From Escherichia coli (GTDB lineage Bacteria; Pseudomonadota; Gammaproteobacteria; Enterobacterales; Enterobacteriaceae), in assembly GCF_003790525.1 (NCBI RefSeq), contig NZ_CP033635.1: a DNA stretch of 64,000 bases. The stretch is one strand, 5' to 3'. Positions 1-14,679 of this stretch are shown in pieces. The notes below the pieces were generated by a model. The model saw only the letters and a list, made by a program, of their open reading frames with translations. It ran no database searches and was not told the origin of the DNA. The first letter of the stretch is position 1. The number at the start of each line of letters is the position of its first letter. The position numbers and the translations under genes were made by a program.

Positions 1-3000
1 GCTCAACCCGCAGCCCATCGCCAACCGCAGCTTTTGCGCGCAAGGTCTGGCCGGGCGTTCGCTGGTGGCCTGGCCGCAGATAGATACACAACAAACCATT
101 CCACTGCTTTACCTGCTGACCTCGACCGGTTATCCCTATGAGGGGACGGTGGCGCTGGCTGAACAGAAAGTGACGCTGAACATCGCGCCCGCACAGGGCG
201 ATTTAATTTCGGTGAGCGCCAGTGGTTATAACGAAACGATCGCGGCGGCAAAAACCACCGTTGGTGGCACTATCACGCTGACCGTCACCACCAAAGATTG
301 TCAGGGCAACGTCGCGGGTAATATTCCGTTTATTATCAAACGTAAAGATGCCCAAAACCGTCAGGGCGCGGTGAATAATACCGCGCCGGTGGTGCTGGGG
401 AGTACCGAGTTAACGACGACGGCAACCGAGTATCGTGGCACATCGGATGCCAACGGTACGGCAACCATCACGGTGACCCAACCTAACGGCCCCGGCGTCA
501 AAACGCCGCTGGTGGCGAGTATTTCCGGCATTGCGCAAACCAGCGAAACGGCGGTGATTTTTACCGTACTTACCAGCCCGGACGTGGCGCAGGCCACGAT
601 GTGGGGCCATATGGCGGAAACGGTTGAGGCACACGGCTACACGTTCAGCAGGCCAAAACTGGCGGCGGAAGTCAGCAATGAAAATGCCACGGTCGTCGAT
701 CACAACGAAACCTGGTCCACTTTCACCTGGAGCGGGGCAGACAGCCATTGCACCGTGCTGCCGGGCATGCGCCATTTCGGCGCACTGGCGACGGTGATTC
801 CCTCCACGGTACAGACTGTCCTTGGCTGGCCGATGCAGGATGATTATTACTGGACATCGCTGGCGGGCACTACCGGGCAGCACCATGCAGCGGATGTCTC
901 TAACCGTGCTGAAGCGCAAAAGCCGGATAGCACCACGTTTCTTGTAAGCTGCGTGGACAAACCCGCGCCTGACGTCGAACCGAAAATCGTCCTTACGCCA
1001 GAAAACTATGATGATACGGCACAGGCGATGAAAGCGAAGGTGGGTGAGGATGCCACGATGCGTCTGACGATCACCGACAATAAAAACAACGATCAACCGC
1101 TGGCGTATTATTACTTCTCGCTGCATCTGGATGACGGCGTTAACCGTAAGAATCAAACCGACTCCGCCTGGGAAGCCCATCCGGTGCAGATTACTGGCGG
1201 CAGTAATTTTCGCCAGGTCGACGCACATACCTATGAAGGCATGACCGACGCCAACGGCCAGGCTTCGCTCACCCTGAGCCAGCCCGGCGGCGCGGGGGTG
1301 AAAACCCATATCACGGCGAAAATGCGCAGCGATTTTAACGCCACGGATGCCAAAGATGTGATTTTTACCGTAATCACCAGCCCGGACAGCGACAAAGCGC
1401 GGATGTGGGGCCATATGCGCGGCATTATTGAGTCCGGCAGTCTGTATAAACGCCCGTTGCTGGCGGATGAAACCGAGCATGAACTGGGAACAGTGCGGGA
1501 AAACAACGAAGACTGGGCGTTGTACGATCAAAACACCAGTATGCAGGCGGAATGCGGGGTGGGTCATATACCGCGTCAGAGCTCACTGGAAAGCCTGTTT
1601 TCAGCCCATCCCGGTAACGCGATTGGCACTGAGTATGGCTGGCCTACCGCACAACAGAGCTACCTAAGCGCGGTGGAGCAAGAAACGCATTCATCGGTGA
1701 ATCTGGGGAACGGGAGCGTCGACAGCTATTCCGGCTTTAAGCAGAATTACCTCTCCTGTTCGGGTAATGAGATGGTAGCGAATGTTGAAGTCAGCACCGA
1801 TCATGATGTGTCTGTTGGCACCCAAGCGCAAGCCAAAGTGGGTGACACCATCGTAATGACCGTGCGTACGATTAACGCGCTAAATAATTCCCCGGTACCC
1901 TTTAGCGCATTCACCATTACCAAAGGTATGGGATATAACCGAGCGGGACAGGTGAGCGGGTTTGATGACCCGAGTAGCGGCTCAATCACGATGGATAACT
2001 CGCAATATGGTACATCACAGCCATCGATGGTTTATGCGGGAACAACCGATGTCCGGGGCGTGGCGACGGTCGAGATTAAGCAACCACAGGGCGTCGGGCT
2101 AAAAACGGTGCTGAGCGTAACACCGGTAAATTCCTACCTGCCGAATACCGTTAACTACAGCGTTATTTTTACTACCCCAACCAGCCCGGACGTTTCCGGC
2201 GCGCAGATGTGGGGCCATATGGATGAAACGATTACCGTTGATTCATCAACCTTTACCCGGCCTAGGCTGGCGGCGGAAATCGCCAGCCCGGACGGAACCC
2301 TGACTGAAAATAACGAAATCTGGGCGCGCGTGAGCCAGGCCAATACGTCCAGTACCAGCAAAGGCGGCTGCGGCACCAATATGCTGCCGCGTCGCTCCCA
2401 GCTAAGCGCGTTGTATAGCGCCAACAGTGGTAATGCAGTGCAAACGACGCACGGCTGGCCAACGCAGCGTCAGCCCTACTGGAGCAGCTCTCCGGCGGAT
2501 GTGACGCCGCACTTTTTCACGATAGCGCTGAACGATGGCGCACAAGCTATCGGCGGCGATACGCCGGTTTACGTCAGTTGCCTGACGACGGCGAACAAAC
2601 CTGCCAGCAGCATTACGCTGGAGGTGGTTGATAAAGCGCAATGGAATGCCGGGAATAACGCGGCAACGCTGAAAAAAGGCGAAACGCTACAGGTTAAGGT
2701 GACGGTAAAAGATGCACAGGGCAACGCGTTAGCGGATATGCCATTTACCCTCAGTCGCGGTGATGGCTATACCCGTAGCGGCGAAAAACATATTGCCGGT
2801 AGCGGCGATGCGCTGGTGGCGCCGGTGGTGGTCAATGGCGGGCTGGCCGATGAAACAACGTTGAATGACACCGCAACGGTGTATACCGCCATGACCGGCA
2901 GTGACGGCAGCAAAATTCTTAATATTACCCGTCCGGATACCCACGGCACCAAAACGGCGCTGACGGCAACGCTTTACTCCGATGCGACGAAAAAAGACAG

Positions 3001-6000
3001 CCTGGACACGATCTTTACGGTGGTTACCAGCCCGGATAGCAGCCAGGCGAAAATGTGGGGGCATATGCCGGAAACGGTGACGGCTGAGGACGGTACGGTC
3101 TTTAAACGCCCGCGGTTACTGAAGGAACTGAGCAGTCAGACTGGGCGAACATCAACGCTTGAAGACAACGAAAACTGGGCGTTGTTTAACATTAATTATG
3201 CGAGCTCTTCCACGACGTATAGTGGCTGTGGAACCAACTATATTCCGACTCAGGCCGGTCTGACGTCACTGTTTGCTAATAATGCGGGCAACACCATGAA
3301 AACCGTGCAGGGCTGGCCGGTGGCAACGCGCTATTTGTCCAACACGTCCGACAATGGCAGCATGGAGCAGCGTAACTACAAGGCGGTCGATCTCAGCAAT
3401 GGCACGAGTGCGGCAGTGTCATCAACGGCGCTGCAACTGCTGACCTGTCAGACTACACCGGTAACCACGGTGAGCCAAATCCTGCTGGAAGCGGCAGATC
3501 CGGCGACGCTGGATACCACCTATAACGTGGTAAAAGCGAAAAAAGGCGAAGAATCCGTGGTGCGCGTCACCACCAAAGATGCACAAGGCAACCTGGTGGG
3601 CAATACGGCATTTATCCTGACGCGTGCCAACAGCGTGAGTCGGGCTAATGCATCAGCGACGATGAGCGTGGGCTCGTTGACGGTGACGGATGCCTGGGGC
3701 AATACGCGAAATAATTTCCAGTCGACAAGTGAAACCATTTACGGCGTGACCGGTGCCGACGGGTCAACGACATTGACCCTGAAACAGGATAACAGTACCG
3801 GGTTAAGAACCGATCTCACGGCAAAACTGGATACGTCCAGCAGCGTCAAGGCAACGCTACCGGTGGTCTTTACCGTCGTGACCAGCCCGGATTCGCCAAA
3901 AGCGAATTTTTGGGGACATATGGCCGAAACGGTGGCGGCCTCCGATGGTTCAGTCTATAAACGCCCACTGTTGCTGGCAGAGCTGGCCAACACTGGCGGG
4001 CGACAAATCAGTTCAGAGAACGGGGAAAGCTGGGTACGATTCACCTGGAATCAGTCGACAGATCCTTCTGTAAGCGGCTGCGGCGTTGCGTATATGCCAA
4101 CGTTGGCAGGCCTGCAAGCGTTGTATGACGCTAATAGTGGTAATGCAATGAGTACGGTACAGGGATGGCCGGTAAAAGCGACCTATCTCACCAATACCCC
4201 AAGTGACACGCAAACGGGGAGCCGTTACTACAATGTGGTGCAACTGGATTCTGGCGCAGCCTCGCAAATCACGACGAACACGGGTGTACTGCAAACCTGC
4301 CGTACAACGCCGTTGACGGCTGCCAGCCAGATTACGCTGGAGGCCGCGGATCCTGCGCAATTTGTCAGCATTGACAGCACGCTTAGCGCTGTCAAAGTGC
4401 AGAAAGGCGATAGCGTGCCGATCCGCATTTCGACTAAAGATGCGCAGGGCAATTTCGTCGGCAATACGCCGTTTGCCCTGAAACACGCGAACTCGATCAA
4501 TCGTCAAAATGTGTCGTCATCGCAGAAAGTGTCGGTCACGACGGAGGTGGGTACGACGGTGGATACCAGTGCAACAACCACCCTGTATGGCGTAACCGGG
4601 CCAGACGGAACCACCACGATGACGCTCCGACAGGATGCGTCCACCGGGTTAAGAACCGACTTTTATGCCCTGTTGAACGATACCGGCGTGTCGTCGGACA
4701 CCTTGCCGGTGATCTTTACCGTCATCACCAGCCCGGATACGCCGCTGGCGGCCAACTGGGGCCATATGGCGGAAACCTTTACCAGTAGCGAAGGCGTCAC
4801 CTTCAAGCGGCCTTCCCTCAAAGCTGAACTCTCTGGCGGTACGGCCATAACGGTCAATAATGAAGTCTGGTCGCGCCTGACAGCGGCGGAGAAAGTGGAT
4901 GCCAGCAAGGCCGGGTGTGATGAGACGTATCAACCGCTGGTGAATGACATGCAGGGGTTGTATGCGGATTACCCTAACGGCCAGTTAGGATCGGTGCTCG
5001 GCTTGCCGACGTCTGCCGGGTATTGGTGGGCCTACGACATGATGATGGTTTCTGGCAACTGGACTAATCAGGCATTTTCACCTGTTAATGGTCAGTTGAT
5101 GCAGGCATCGTCCAGCTATACGGCGATCGTGATGTGTCTGGTAGAACCACATACGGAAGCAGCCACAATAGAGCTTACTTCAACGGCGCAGGACGCAGCA
5201 AAATCGGCCAGTAATGGTGGACGACCGAGCGCCGTAGCGAAGAAAGGCGAGACGATTCCGTTGACGGTGACCGTGCGTGATAGCGCCGGGAACCCGATGC
5301 CATATGCTGAGTTTACCCTCACGCGTGAAACGACGCTGGATCGCTCGAAAGCAACCGTTAACACGAGTGCGGACGACCTTACCGTAACGGCATTGGTACC
5401 CGCGAATACAAATAGTGTGTTGGCAGCAAGTGGAGCAAAACTGATCGGCACGACGGGCAGCGATGGCAAAGCGACCTTTGAGGTGAGTCAGAATGCGACG
5501 ACCGGGCTGGCGACGCCGTTAACCGTGACGCTGGCGCGTGATACGACGAAAGCCGCCACGCTGGATGTTATCTATACGGTGATCACCAGCCCGGATTCGC
5601 CGAGTGCGAAATTCTGGGGGCATATGCCGGACACCTTTACCAGCTCGACGGGCGTCACCTTCAAACGACCGCTGCTGAAAGCAGAAACCAGCTCAGGCTC
5701 ATCGATTAGCTCTAACGGCGAAGTTTGGTCATATATGAGCAACGCGCAAAATTTAACATCGACAGATTGCCCGCTCGAAAATCAACCGCGCAGTAATGAG
5801 CTGTTGGATTTGTATAGTGATCACCCGAACGGCACGCTAATGACCGACCTGGGGTTACCCGTATATGCAGGTAACTGGTGGGCCTATGATATGGTCATGC
5901 TGAGTGGAACGTCGTGGACTTATCAACTCATCAGCCTGAAAGACGGAACCATTACGCAGAAGGGGACAACCAGTGCGTTGATGCTTTGCCTGGCACAGCC

Positions 6001-7684
6001 GCATCCGGCCGGCGTCAGCGTAACATTGACGTCATCCGCACAGGATGACGCCAGAACCACCAGCAATGGCGGCCGTCCCAGCGCGTCAGCGAAAAAAGGT
6101 AACTCAATACCGATTGTGGTAACGGTAAAAGATCGTGATGGCAACCCGTTGGCGGGCGAAGCGGTGACGCTCAAACGTGATTCAGCGTTGAGCCGTTCAG
6201 GAACAATCGTGGGGACGCCAGCGAATGAAATAAAGTTGACGGAACTGACGCCCGTGTCGGCGACATTCCCGCTGGTTTCAAATGGTACACAATGGCTTGG
6301 TTTCACCGGTAGCGATGGTACGGCGACATTCAATGTTGAACAGCCTGATACTGTCGGCCTGGCAATCCCCTTTAACGCCATCCTGGCCCGTGACACGGCA
6401 AAGGTATCTACTCTGGATCTGATTTTTACCGTCCTCACCAGCCCGGATGCCGCATTAGCAACTTACTGGGGCCATATGCCGGATACCGTCACGGCGGAAA
6501 ACGGTGCTGTCTTTGAGCGCCCTAAACTGTGGAAAGAGCTGCCGTCGACATCCGGGGTAAGTCAGATAACGAATAGCAATGAAGCCTGGCCAGTGTTTAA
6601 CGCAACGCAGAGGGCTGACAGCAATCTCAGCCCTTGTGAAGCGGCGCGTCGACCATTGAGCGATGATTTAGAAGCGCTCTATACACGTTATCCAGGAAAC
6701 ACGATTACCGCGCAAATTGGCTGGCCTACGCAGTATGCATGGTGGGCGGTGGATAACTGGGAAGGGGGCAGTAATCCGCAGGCCGTCAGCCTGGTAAATG
6801 GTTCGAGAGGCCAATATAATCCCGCTCATCAGGCCTGCCTGGTTAACCCGCGTGCGAGCGTTTCCAGCGTCACGCTGACATCAACGGCGCTGGATGACGC
6901 CACACAGGCGGCGACGGTGAAAAAAGGCGACGCCGCGCCCATTGTCGTTACCGTAAAAGACAGCGCCGGGAAGCCGGTGCCGAATATCGCTTTTATCCTA
7001 AAACGCGGTGAGGCCGTGCCGCGTAACAGCGGGGCGACGCTGTATGGCGATGTGGATGCGATGGACGATTTGACTGTGCAACCTTCATCCGGTGCGGCAG
7101 TCACGTTGGCTGACAGTGGAAATACCATCGACGGAGTCACGGGAGCGGACGGTACGGCAAGCTTTACCGTTCGTCAGGATAATACGCCAGGATATAAAAC
7201 GCCGTTGACGGTGACGCTGACGGATAACGCCACCATAACGGCGACGCTGGACACGATTTTCACCGTGCCGACCAGCCCGAATGTCGCCACGGCGTATTTC
7301 TGGGGTCATATGGCGGATACCGCCACGGTAAGTGGCAAGACGCTGCATCGCCCGCTATTAAAATCGGAGTTGCCGTCAGGCGCTACCGCAGCAGCAACGC
7401 CTGATGTAAATAATGAAACCTGGGCACTGGCGCATGTTATGGATTCCTCTAAATGGGATGTCGCGCAGCAGTGTGGCAGTATGAATAACGTGCCGAGCAG
7501 TGCCGAATTACAAACATTACACTCCGGCTTTAGCACATTGGGATGGCCGTCCTCGATAAGCTTCCCGTATTTATCTACTGATAAGGCTGGGTCGTTCTAT
7601 TGTGGTGTTGATGAAGGCTCTGGCAGTCTCAACTGTGGCATTCAGCCTGCGAAAACGCCGGGGTTTGCAACCTGCTTCCAGTAA
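1..7684 (+). CDS. giant surface adhesin, 5'-truncated by window edge; tandem Big_1-like (invasin/intimin-type) repeats; RatA/RatB/SinH-like
   Basis: Reading frame is open from position 2 to stop at 7684 (ORF track starts at a GTG at 65). About 9 repeats of ~280 aa each end in a TSPD-x5-WGHM motif (e.g. [35 protein letters not shown]). Lies next to xseA, where such adhesin loci occur in enterobacteria. Confidence 0.6.
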   Translation, partial: LNPQPIANRSFCAQGLAGRSLVAWPQIDTQQTIPLLYLLTSTGYPYEGTVALAEQKVTLNIAPAQGDLISVSASGYNETIAAAKTTVGGTITLTVTTKDCQGNVAGNIPFIIKRKDAQNRQGAVNNTAPVVLGSTELTTTATEYRGTSDANGTATITVTQPNGPGVKTPLVASISGIAQTSETAVIFTVLTSPDVAQATMWGHMAETVEAHGYTFSRPKLAAEVSNENATVVDHNETWSTFTWSGADSHCTVLPGMRHFGALATVIPSTVQTVLGWPMQDDYYWTSLAGTTGQHHAADVSNRAEAQKPDSTTFLVSCVDKPAPDVEPKIVLTPENYDDTAQAMKAKVGEDATMRLTITDNKNNDQPLAYYYFSLHLDDGVNRKNQTDSAWEAHPVQITGGSNFRQVDAHTYEGMTDANGQASLTLSQPGGAGVKTHITAKMRSDFNATDAKDVIFTVITSPDSDKARMWGHMRGIIESGSLYKRPLLADETEHELGTVRENNEDWALYDQNTSMQAECGVGHIPRQSSLESLFSAHPGNAIGTEYGWPTAQQSYLSAVEQETHSSVNLGNGSVDSYSGFKQNYLSCSGNEMVANVEVSTDHDVSVGTQAQAKVGDTIVMTVRTINALNNSPVPFSAFTITKGMGYNRAGQVSGFDDPSSGSITMDNSQYGTSQPSMVYAGTTDVRGVATVEIKQPQGVGLKTVLSVTPVNSYLPNTVNYSVIFTTPTSPDVSGAQMWGHMDETITVDSSTFTRPRLAAEIASPDGTLTENNEIWARVSQANTSSTSKGGCGTNMLPRRSQLSALYSANSGNAVQTTHGWPTQRQPYWSSSPADVTPHFFTIALNDGAQAIGGDTPVYVSCLTTANKPASSITLEVVDKAQWNAGNNAATLKKGETLQVKVTVKDAQGNALADMPFTLSRGDGYTRSGEKHIAGSGDALVAPVVVNGGLADETTLNDTATVYTAMTGSDGSKILNITRPDTHGTKTALTATLYSDATKKDSLDTIFTVVTSPDSSQAKMWGHMPETVTAEDGTVFKRPRLLKELSSQTGRTSTLEDNENWALFNINYASSSTTYSGCGTNYIPTQAGLTSLFANNAGNTMKTVQGWPVATRYLSNTSDNGSMEQRNYKAVDLSNGTSAAVSSTALQLLTCQTTPVTTVSQILLEAADPATLDTTYNVVKAKKGEESVVRVTTKDAQGNLVGNTAFILTRANSVSRANASATMSVGSLTVTDAWGNTRNNFQSTSETIYGVTGADGSTTLTLKQDNSTGLRTDLTAKLDTSSSVKATLPVVFTVVTSPDSPKANFWGHMAETVAASDGSVYKRPLLLAELANTGGRQISSENGESWVRFTWNQSTDPSVSGCGVAYMPTLAGLQALYDANSGNAMSTVQGWPVKATYLTNTPSDTQTGSRYYNVVQLDSGAASQITTNTGVLQTCRTTPLTAASQITLEAADPAQFVSIDSTLSAVKVQKGDSVPIRISTKDAQGNFVGNTPFALKHANSINRQNVSSSQKVSVTTEVGTTVDTSATTTLYGVTGPDGTTTMTLRQDASTGLRTDFYALLNDTGVSSDTLPVIFTVITSPDTPLAANWGHMAETFTSSEGVTFKRPSLKAELSGGTAITVNNEVWSRLTAAEKVDASKAGCDETYQPLVNDMQGLYADYPNGQLGSVLGLPTSAGYWWAYDMMMVSGNWTNQAFSPVNGQLMQASSSYTAIVMCLVEPHTEAATIELTSTAQDAAKSASNGGRPSAVAKKGETIPLTVTVRDSAGNPMPYAEFTLTRETTLDRSKATVNTSADDLTVTALVPANTNSVLAASGAKLIGTTGSDGKATFEVSQNATTGLATPLTVTLARDTTKAATLDVIYTVITSPDSPSAKFWGHMPDTFTSSTGVTFKRPLLKAETSSGSSISSNGEVWSYMSNAQNLTSTDCPLENQPRSNELLDLYSDHPNGTLMTDLGLPVYAGNWWAYDMVMLSGTSWTYQLISLKDGTITQKGTTSALMLCLAQPHPAGVSVTLTSSAQDDARTTSNGGRPSASAKKGNSIPIVVTVKDRDGNPLAGEAVTLKRDSALSRSGTIVGTPANEIKLTELTPVSATFPLVSNGTQWLGFTGSDGTATFNVEQPDTVGLAIPFNAILARDTAKVSTLDLIFTVLTSPDAALATYWGHMPDTVTAENGAVFERPKLWKELPSTSGVSQITNSNEAWPVFNATQRADSNLSPCEAARRPLSDDLEALYTRYPGNTITAQIGWPTQYAWWAVDNWEGGSNPQAVSLVNGSRGQYNPAHQACLVNPRASVSSVTLTSTALDDATQAATVKKGDAAPIVVTVKDSAGKPVPNIAFILKRGEAVPRNSGATLYGDVDAMDDLTVQPSSGAAVTLADSGNTIDGVTGADGTASFTVRQDNTPGYKTPLTVTLTDNATITATLDTIFTVPTSPNVATAYFWGHMADTATVSGKTLHRPLLKSELPSGATAAATPDVNNETWALAHVMDSSKWDVAQQCGSMNNVPSSAELQTLHSGFSTLGWPSSISFPYLSTDKAGSFYCGVDEGSGSLNCGIQPAKTPGFATCFQ

Positions 7685-7715
7685 CCTTATCCACCTTGTC
7701 AATATGAGGTTCCGA

Positions 7716-9135
<1,420 letters not shown>

Positions 9136-9266
9136 TTATTCAGTCGATAGTAACCCGCCCTCCGGGGATAGCAAGCATTTTTTGCAAAAAGGGGTAGATG
9201 CAATCGGTTACGCTCTGTATAATGCCGCGGCAATATTTATTAACCACTCTGGTCGAGATATTGCCC

Positions 9267-10733
9267 ATGCTACGTATCGCTAAAGAAGCTCTGACGTTTG
9301 ACGACGTTCTCCTCGTTCCTGCTCATTCTACCGTTCTGCCGAATACTGCTGACCTCAGCACCCAGCTGACGAAAACTATTCGTCTGAATATCCCTATGCT
9401 TTCCGCAGCAATGGATACCGTAACGGAAGCGCGCCTGGCTATTGCTCTGGCTCAGGAAGGCGGTATCGGCTTTATCCACAAAAACATGTCCATTGAACGC
9501 CAGGCAGAAGAAGTTCGCCGTGTGAAAAAACACGAATCTGGCGTGGTAACTGATCCGCAGACCGTGCTGCCGACAACCACCCTGCGTGAAGTGAAAGAAC
9601 TGACCGAGCGTAACGGCTTTGCGGGCTACCCGGTGGTTACCGAAGAAAACGAACTGGTCGGCATCATCACCGGTCGTGACGTGCGTTTTGTGACCGATCT
9701 GAATCAACCGGTTAGCGTTTACATGACGCCGAAAGAGCGTCTGGTAACCGTGCGTGAAGGCGAAGCCCGTGAAGTGGTGCTGGCAAAAATGCACGAAAAA
9801 CGCGTTGAAAAGGCGCTGGTGGTTGATGACGAATTCCACCTGATCGGCATGATCACTGTGAAGGACTTCCAGAAAGCGGAACGTAAACCGAACGCGTGTA
9901 AAGACGAACAAGGCCGTCTGCGTGTAGGTGCAGCGGTTGGCGCGGGTGCGGGTAACGAAGAGCGTGTTGATGCGCTGGTTGCCGCAGGCGTTGACGTTCT
10001 GCTGATCGACTCCTCTCACGGTCACTCTGAAGGTGTTCTGCAGCGTATCCGTGAAACTCGCGCTAAATATCCTGACCTGCAAATCATCGGCGGCAACGTG
10101 GCAACAGCAGCAGGTGCCCGCGCGCTGGCAGAAGCCGGTTGCAGTGCCGTTAAAGTGGGTATCGGCCCTGGTTCTATTTGTACTACCCGCATTGTTACTG
10201 GCGTCGGTGTTCCGCAGATCACCGCCGTTGCTGACGCAGTAGAAGCCCTGGAAGGCACCGGAATTCCGGTTATCGCTGACGGTGGTATTCGTTTCTCCGG
10301 CGACATCGCCAAAGCTATCGCCGCTGGCGCAAGCGCGGTAATGGTGGGTTCCATGCTGGCAGGTACTGAAGAATCTCCGGGTGAAATTGAACTCTACCAG
10401 GGCCGTTCTTACAAATCTTACCGTGGTATGGGTTCCCTGGGCGCGATGTCCAAAGGTTCTTCTGACCGTTACTTCCAGAGCGACAACGCTGCCGACAAAC
10501 TGGTGCCGGAAGGTATCGAAGGTCGCGTGGCCTATAAAGGTCGCCTGAAAGAGATCATTCACCAGCAGATGGGCGGCCTGCGCTCCTGTATGGGCCTGAC
10601 CGGCTGTGGTACTATCGACGAACTGCGTACTAAAGCGGAGTTTGTACGTATCAGCGGTGCGGGCATTCAGGAAAGCCACGTTCACGACGTGACCATTACT
10701 AAAGAGTCCCCGAACTACCGTCTGGGCTCCTGA
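9267..10733 (+). CDS. guaB: IMP dehydrogenase
   Basis: Translation from ATG 9267 [27 protein letters not shown]..., 488 aa, CBS pair and catalytic GSICTTR loop; ORF track's upstream start at 9198 rejected. Confidence 0.95.
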
Positions 10734-10801
10734 TTCTCTTCGCCCGACTTCATGTCGGGCGATTTATATTATCTGTTTCACTTGCCTCGGAATAAGCGTC
10801 A

Positions 10802-12379
10802 ATGACGGAAAACATTCATAAGCATAGCATCCTCATTCTGGACTTCGGTTCCCAGTATACTCAACTGGTTGCGCGCCGCGTGCGTGAGCTGGGCGTTTAC
10901 TGCGAACTGTGGGCGTGGGATGTGACAGAAGCACAAATTCGTGACTTCAATCCAAGCGGCATTATTCTTTCCGGCGGCCCGGAAAGCACCACCGAAGAAA
11001 ACAGCCCGCGTGCGCCGCAGTATGTCTTTGAAGCAGGCGTACCGGTATTCGGCGTTTGCTATGGCATGCAGACCATGGCGATGCAGTTGGGTGGTCACGT
11101 TGAAGCCTCTAACGAACGTGAATTTGGCTACGCGCAGGTTGAAGTCGTAAACGACAGCGCACTAGTTCGCGGTATCGAAGATGCGCTGACCGCAGACGGT
11201 AAACCTCTGCTCGATGTCTGGATGAGCCACGGCGATAAAGTTACCGCTATCCCGTCCGACTTCGTCACCGTAGCCAGCACCGAAAGCTGCCCGTTTGCCA
11301 TTATGGCTAACGAAGAAAAACGCTTCTATGGCGTACAGTTCCACCCGGAAGTGACTCACACCCGCCAGGGTATGCGCATGCTGGAGCGTTTTGTGCGTGA
11401 TATCTGCCAGTGTGAAGCCCTGTGGACGCCAGCGAAAATTATCGACGATGCTGTAGCCCGTATCCGCGAGCAGGTAGGCGACGATAAAGTCATCCTCGGC
11501 CTCTCTGGTGGCGTGGATTCCTCCGTGACCGCAATGCTGCTGCACCGCGCTATCGGTAAAAATCTGACTTGCGTATTCGTCGATAACGGCCTGCTGCGTC
11601 TCAACGAAGCAGAGCAGGTTCTGGATATGTTTGGCGATCACTTTGGTCTGAACATTGTTCACGTTCCGGCAGAAGATCGCTTCCTGTCAGCGTTGGCCGG
11701 CGAAAACGATCCGGAAGCAAAACGTAAAATCATCGGGCGCGTTTTCGTTGAAGTATTCGATGAAGAAGCACTGAAACTGGAAGACGTGAAGTGGCTGGCG
11801 CAGGGCACTATCTACCCTGACGTTATTGAATCTGCCGCATCTGCAACCGGTAAAGCACACGTCATCAAATCTCACCACAACGTGGGCGGCCTGCCGAAAG
11901 AGATGAAGATGGGCCTGGTTGAACCGCTGAAAGAGCTGTTCAAAGACGAAGTGCGTAAGATTGGTCTGGAGCTGGGCCTGCCGTACGACATGCTGTACCG
12001 TCACCCGTTCCCGGGACCAGGCCTTGGCGTTCGTGTTCTGGGTGAAGTGAAGAAAGAGTATTGTGACCTGCTGCGCCGTGCTGACGCCATCTTCATTGAA
12101 GAACTGCGTAAAGCGGACCTGTACGACAAAGTCAGCCAGGCGTTCACCGTCTTCCTGCCGGTACGTTCCGTTGGCGTAATGGGCGATGGTCGTAAGTATG
12201 ACTGGGTTGTCTCTCTGCGTGCTGTCGAAACCATCGACTTTATGACCGCACACTGGGCGCATCTGCCGTACGATTTCCTCGGTCGCGTTTCCAACCGCAT
12301 TATCAATGAAGTGAACGGTATTTCCCGCGTGGTGTATGACATCAGCGGCAAGCCGCCAGCTACCATTGAGTGGGAATGA
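10802..12379 (+). CDS. guaA: GMP synthase (glutamine-hydrolysing)
   Basis: 525-aa translation [40 protein letters not shown]... ends IEWE; immediately downstream of guaB. Confidence 0.95.
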   Translation: MTENIHKHSILILDFGSQYTQLVARRVRELGVYCELWAWDVTEAQIRDFNPSGIILSGGPESTTEENSPRAPQYVFEAGVPVFGVCYGMQTMAMQLGGHVEASNEREFGYAQVEVVNDSALVRGIEDALTADGKPLLDVWMSHGDKVTAIPSDFVTVASTESCPFAIMANEEKRFYGVQFHPEVTHTRQGMRMLERFVRDICQCEALWTPAKIIDDAVARIREQVGDDKVILGLSGGVDSSVTAMLLHRAIGKNLTCVFVDNGLLRLNEAEQVLDMFGDHFGLNIVHVPAEDRFLSALAGENDPEAKRKIIGRVFVEVFDEEALKLEDVKWLAQGTIYPDVIESAASATGKAHVIKSHHNVGGLPKEMKMGLVEPLKELFKDEVRKIGLELGLPYDMLYRHPFPGPGLGVRVLGEVKKEYCDLLRRADAIFIEELRKADLYDKVSQAFTVFLPVRSVGVMGDGRKYDWVVSLRAVETIDFMTAHWAHLPYDFLGRVSNRIINEVNGISRVVYDISGKPPATIEWE

Positions 12380-12381
12380 TT
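12365..12381. repeat. attL core, 17-bp direct repeat ATTGAGTGGGAATGATT spanning the guaA stop codon
   Basis: Exact copy at 51948-51964; encodes the last guaA codons (I E W E stop). Confidence 0.8.
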
Positions 12382-12427
12382 AACAGCTAACTCATAGCAA
12401 CTCATTCCTATTCAGACACTAATTTAA

Positions 12428-12452
12428 CCCTCTGTTTTTACAGAGGGTTTTT
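12428..12452 (+). terminator. rho-independent terminator after guaA (prophage-side copy)
   Basis: ccctctg ttttta cagaggg hairpin plus T-run; a near-identical hairpin is present at attR (51994-52018). Confidence 0.6.
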
Positions 12453-12514
12453 GTTTTTATGTATTCATTTCTATTCACTCTACACCATATTTTTTGGCGG
12501 TACAGGTGACGGTA

Positions 12515-12529
12515 TTACCTTAAAGGTAT
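12515..12529. promoter_or_regulatory. TTACC-N5-GGTAA palindromic operator-like site (TTACC TTAAA GGTAT), upstream of int
   Basis: Core palindrome TACCTTAAAGGTA; one of ~14 related sites in the prophage. Confidence 0.45.
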
Positions 12530-12571
12530 ACTCTCATACCGTCATGAAAATGGTTTCTATACGGGTGAATT

Positions 12572-13822
12572 GTGCTTACCGATACAAAATTAAAGAACCT
12601 CAAGCCACAGGACAAACTGTACAAAGTTTCCGATCGTGACGGGCTGTATGTAGCTGTGCTTACGTCAGGTACGGTCTCGTTTCGCTATGACTACCGTATC
12701 AACGGTCGCCGCGAAACACTGGTAATCGGGCAGTATGGGCGTGACGGTATCAGCCTGGCAGAAGCGCGAGAAGAACTGATTGCTGCAAAGAAGCTGCTTA
12801 AAGCAGGCCAGTCGCCGGCTGCGGCTAAACGTGACGGTATCAAAAAGATTCGTGGTGCCGAGACGTTTGCGGTACATACCGACAGTTATATGAAACACGT
12901 CATCCTGGCTGAAAGTACCCGCGCAATGAAGCAGGCAGTGATCGACCGTGACATACTTCCTGTTCTTGGCAACAAAATGATGACTGAAATTACCACATCG
13001 ATGGTTCGTGATTTGTGTGACCGGATTGTCGAACGCGGTGGTCGGGCAACAGCAGTACAGGCCAGGGAGATCATTAGCAGCGTATACCGTCACGCCAATG
13101 ACCGTGGTCATGGTTTGTTTAATCCTGCGGCTGACATTAAACCTTCGTCTATCGCCATATTTAAACCACGAGAGCGAACACTGACACCAGAAGAAATTGG
13201 TCTGTTCTTCCGCACGCTGGATGCCATTGGTGCTATGGGCACTATGAAAATGGCTTTAAAGCTGGTGCTTATCACTATGGTTCGTAAAGGCGAATTCACC
13301 AATGCAACGTGGGACGAAATAGATTTTAAAAAATGGACATGGACAATTCCTTCAGACCGCATGAAGGGAAGCCGGGCGCACGTTATTTACCTGCCAAAAC
13401 AGGCACAGGATATATTGGTTGGGTTGCAGATGTGCGCTGGTGGAAGTGAATATCTGGTTCCTGGTCGTTACAATTTCCGGAAGCCATTATCTAATGCCGC
13501 ACTGAACTCTCTGATCGACAGAACGGTGAAAATAATAAATGAAGATGGTGAGCATATTCAGGGCTTCACCGTACACGATATGCGCCGTACAGCCAGTACG
13601 TTGTTGCATGAGGCTGGTTATCCTTCAGACTGGATTGAAAAGGCTCTGGCACATGAGCAGAAAGGTGTGCGCGCCGTATATAACAAAGCGGAATACGCCA
13701 GACAGCGCGCCTACATGTTGCAGCAGTGGGCCGATATGATTGATTCCTGGATTAACGGGGAGCATACGGATCTAATTCCGTTCTCCCCGTCGAAGTTTGA
13801 GAAGTGGATGGCGGGGGAATAA
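12572..13822 (+). CDS. int: tyrosine-type phage integrase (P4-like family)
   Basis: GTG start; N-terminus MLTDTKLKNLKPQDKLYKVSDRDGLYVAV and C-terminal catalytic region VHDMRRTASTLLHEAGY...AHEQKGVRAVY typical of tyrosine recombinases; adjacent to attL. Confidence 0.9.
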   Translation: MLTDTKLKNLKPQDKLYKVSDRDGLYVAVLTSGTVSFRYDYRINGRRETLVIGQYGRDGISLAEAREELIAAKKLLKAGQSPAAAKRDGIKKIRGAETFAVHTDSYMKHVILAESTRAMKQAVIDRDILPVLGNKMMTEITTSMVRDLCDRIVERGGRATAVQAREIISSVYRHANDRGHGLFNPAADIKPSSIAIFKPRERTLTPEEIGLFFRTLDAIGAMGTMKMALKLVLITMVRKGEFTNATWDEIDFKKWTWTIPSDRMKGSRAHVIYLPKQAQDILVGLQMCAGGSEYLVPGRYNFRKPLSNAALNSLIDRTVKIINEDGEHIQGFTVHDMRRTASTLLHEAGYPSDWIEKALAHEQKGVRAVYNKAEYARQRAYMLQQWADMIDSWINGEHTDLIPFSPSKFEKWMAGE

Positions 13823-13825
13823 CGT

Positions 13826-14020
13826 TTAATAGTTCTGCTGATTTTCTTCCATCTCTGCTTCTGCTGCCAGTGATTCAATTTTGTTTTCGAATATTGCTGA
13901 CAGTGTTGCAAATTCAGCATCAGTGACAGCGGGAATTGGAACAAACCTGATCCCGCTGTGTGCAAGCATGTTTGCAGTTTCAAGGCATTTTCTTAAATCT
14001 GCTGGTGATGCCCTGTTCAT
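13826..14020 (-). CDS. small hypothetical protein (64 aa), translationally coupled to the methyltransferase (ATGA overlap)
   Basis: ATG at 14020 overlaps the MTase TGA stop; translation MNRASPADLRKCLETANMLAHSGIRF... Confidence 0.35.
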   Translation of the reverse strand: MNRASPADLRKCLETANMLAHSGIRFVPIPAVTDAEFATLSAIFENKIESLAAEAEMEENQQNY

Positions 14021-14679
14021 GCAGCACGCTCCCGCCCCTGGTTGTCTGTTGGTGACAGCGGAGAATTGCTGAATGCATTTGTTAATCCGCCAATATCCAA
14101 CGCGTATCCAGGGTGTAGTTGCACTGCCGAGTTTTCGCACTGATTACCCCAAACATCGAAGCCATGAGACGACTGGCGGGCGAACAGTTCAATGCGAGAA
14201 ACATCGCCTAACAATTGCACAAGTTTTTCACGAACGACATCTGGTTTTCTTGAGTGCTCAAGCCGCGGTGCGGTAAATGACTGAACGATCCCTGCATTAA
14301 TGCGCGGAGGTAGTTTTCCCTTTACCGCAAACAGGCAATCTTCACTATTGGCGCGGGTCATGTGTCCCATACCCATAACCAGTTTATCTGGTTGTCGACT
14401 ACCACATTTTATCCACGTGAAGCCCTTCATGGTCATAAGACGAAATCCCCAGGCTTCAACAACTTTTAGTGCTTCGAGTGGTTGTGTTGGCACCCACCAC
14501 ATGGCCAACAGACAGTTTTCAGCGGCCAAATCCCACACAGGAAGGCGGCAGATATCCAGCACACTCATAACTGGATATTTAAAACCGGCACCGCGATTAC
14601 CATCTGCGGCTTTGTCCCGGTATACCCAGGGTGGATCTGCATAGATTAGTGTGTATTTCTTAGTCATAAACCACCCCAC
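14017..14679 (-). CDS. DNA N6-adenine methyltransferase, MT-A70 family (orphan, no cognate nuclease seen)
   Basis: DPPW catalytic motif in LIYADPPWVYRD near N-terminus; 220 aa. Confidence 0.8.
   Translation of the reverse strand: MGWFMTKKYTLIYADPPWVYRDKAADGNRGAGFKYPVMSVLDICRLPVWDLAAENCLLAMWWVPTQPLEALKVVEAWGFRLMTMKGFTWIKCGSRQPDKLVMGMGHMTRANSEDCLFAVKGKLPPRINAGIVQSFTAPRLEHSRKPDVVREKLVQLLGDVSRIELFARQSSHGFDVWGNQCENSAVQLHPGYALDIGGLTNAFSNSPLSPTDNQGRERAA

Noticed and set aside
410-1567. 385-aa minus-strand ORF, and many other 60-170 aa antisense ORFs, inside the giant adhesin gene
   Set aside because: Antisense shadow ORFs within a long GC-rich repetitive coding region; no SD or other support.
9270-10685. 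471-aa minus-strand ORF overlapping guaB
   Set aside because: Fully antisense to the well-recognised guaB gene; composition artefact.
11687-12405. Minus-strand ORFs antisense to guaA
   Set aside because: Overlap the conserved guaA coding sequence; no independent evidence.
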